Positions 31,729-33,131 of a stretch of 33,131 bases of DNA are shown here, piece after piece (position 1 is the first letter of the stretch; every line of letters begins with the position of its first letter). Origin of the DNA: Octopus bimaculoides. Its lineage: Eukaryota. The notes beneath the pieces are model-generated. The model did not search any database. It saw only the letters and a program-made list of their open reading frames with translations, and was not told the origin of the DNA. Both the position numbers and the translations under genes were made by a program. The stretch spans positions 16,919,127 through 16,952,257 of the forward strand of contig NC_068996.1 in NCBI RefSeq assembly GCF_001194135.2, given 5' to 3'.

Positions 31729-32562
31729 TATTCATGTTTTTTACACAAATACAAAAATACATATACATTCACAAAAATGCATAAATTTAAACATATATGT
31801 ACCTATACACTTCATACACCCATTCACAAATACATACATATATTCATACATGCAGACACATCTTCATTCACATACACATACATACATGAATTCACGTTTA
31901 TGCATTCTCACATATACAAATGTACACATACACACATATATGCATACACAGATATACATACCCATCCACTCTTCGATCATGGCTTAATGGATAAGGACAT
32001 TAAACAGTTGTCCAAAAAGTATCAGTTTTCACTGGAAGCATATAAAACAATACGTTGATATATTTATATAATGTGAGTGTAATGTTTGTTGAGACAAATG
32101 TATGTGTATTGTAACACTGCAAACTGTATTTATCGAACAGCACAGACAACACAAGAATGACACAATACTAAATAAAAGAGTAGCATGAACACCATGTACA
32201 TAGGTGGTTATTAAAGATAAAAGTTAGAAATGTATGCAGGAAATATTCATAAAAGAATATAATATAGTTAATATGAGGCTGTTGTGAAGTAGAGGAGTGA
32301 TGGATAAGAAAGCTATACAACAAAGCAAGTTTGGAAATAAAAGAGTTTTTAATCAGAAGCAAAACAAGAATAATGGTTGAAGGTTTTACTTTGTATTTCA
32401 ATATTTCAGAATTAAAAACCCCTAATCAAGAAAACAAAAGATGAGTTAATCTGTCTGCACATGTCAAAATACCAAAGCATCTGTTCATTGCTAACATTGC
32501 ATACACTGGTTTAACTAAATCAGCCTAACAGCAGAGCTAAGACCATGGTATTTATTTCTGCC

Positions 32563-32800
32563 TTCGTCATCATCATTATCATAATCATTTTTAACATACA
32601 CATTTATATGCCTGAATGGATCAGGCAGGACTCATTGAGGTAAATTTTCTACTCATTGATATACCTTTACTGTTGCCAACTCTCAGCTGTTTCCAAAGTT
32701 TAAATTCTCCACAACCAGATATTTTTTGTTTTTCTTGAAAGAGTGGTAACGAATGAGACTGCTTGTTTACAACTATCATATGATATCATGACACAGACAT
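32563..32800 (-). mobile_element. Old RTE-tail-type repeat (subfamily C2)
   Basis: Similar to 2848-3110: (CAT)n TTTTAAC...TGTTGCCAAC.CTCA.CTGTTTCCAA...GTTTACAACTATCA. Confidence 0.5.
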
Positions 32801-32880
32801 GCATGCACACACACACAGACGTGCGCATGCATGCACAGAGACAGACAGACACACACACACACACACACACACATATATTG

Positions 32881-33100
32881 TTCTTTCACTTGTTTCAGGT
32901 GTTTGACTGTGGCCAAACTGGAGCACTGACTTGAAGGGTTTTAGTCGAACAAATTGACACCAGGGCTTATTTTTTTAAAGCCTAATACTTATTTTATCAG
33001 TCCCTTTTGCCAAACTGCTAGGTTACAGAGATGTCAACACACAAAGACTAGTTGTCAAGCGGTGACACGGTGACAAACAGACTCAAAGACATACACACAT
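32881..33100 (-). mobile_element. Diverged family B SINE, 3' half
   Basis: CACTTGTTTCAG..TTTGACTGTGGCCA..CTGGAGCAC...AGCCTAATACTTATT.TATC.GTC.CTTTTGCC.AAC.GCTA.GTTAC...GTTGTCAAGCGGTG. Confidence 0.75.
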
Positions 33101-33131
33101 AGGTAAATATATATATATATATATATATATA

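Overview
AT-rich, non-coding animal DNA with nine N-gaps (about 2.9 kb in total) and very dense (TA/CA/GA/GAT) microsatellites. The repeat repertoire resembles octopus (cephalopod) genomes; this is an inference from recalled SINE families, not from a search. No host protein-coding gene is supported, and most of the ORF track is translated microsatellite or N-runs. The window is a nested mosaic of mobile elements. It holds at least four SINE-like families, LINE remnants (RTE RT, CR1-type, Penelope-like), two Helitrons plus a third Helitron end, a Helentron/DINE-like element, hAT- and piggyBac-type MITEs, and several large inverted repeats. The most interesting object is a TSD-flanked 439-bp element (15289-15727). 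It joins a tRNA-like Pol III head to a minimal type I hammerhead ribozyme and carries an inverted partial copy whose ribozyme lacks the cleavage triplet, which suggests a Penelope-dependent, ribozyme-bearing SINE or retrozyme.
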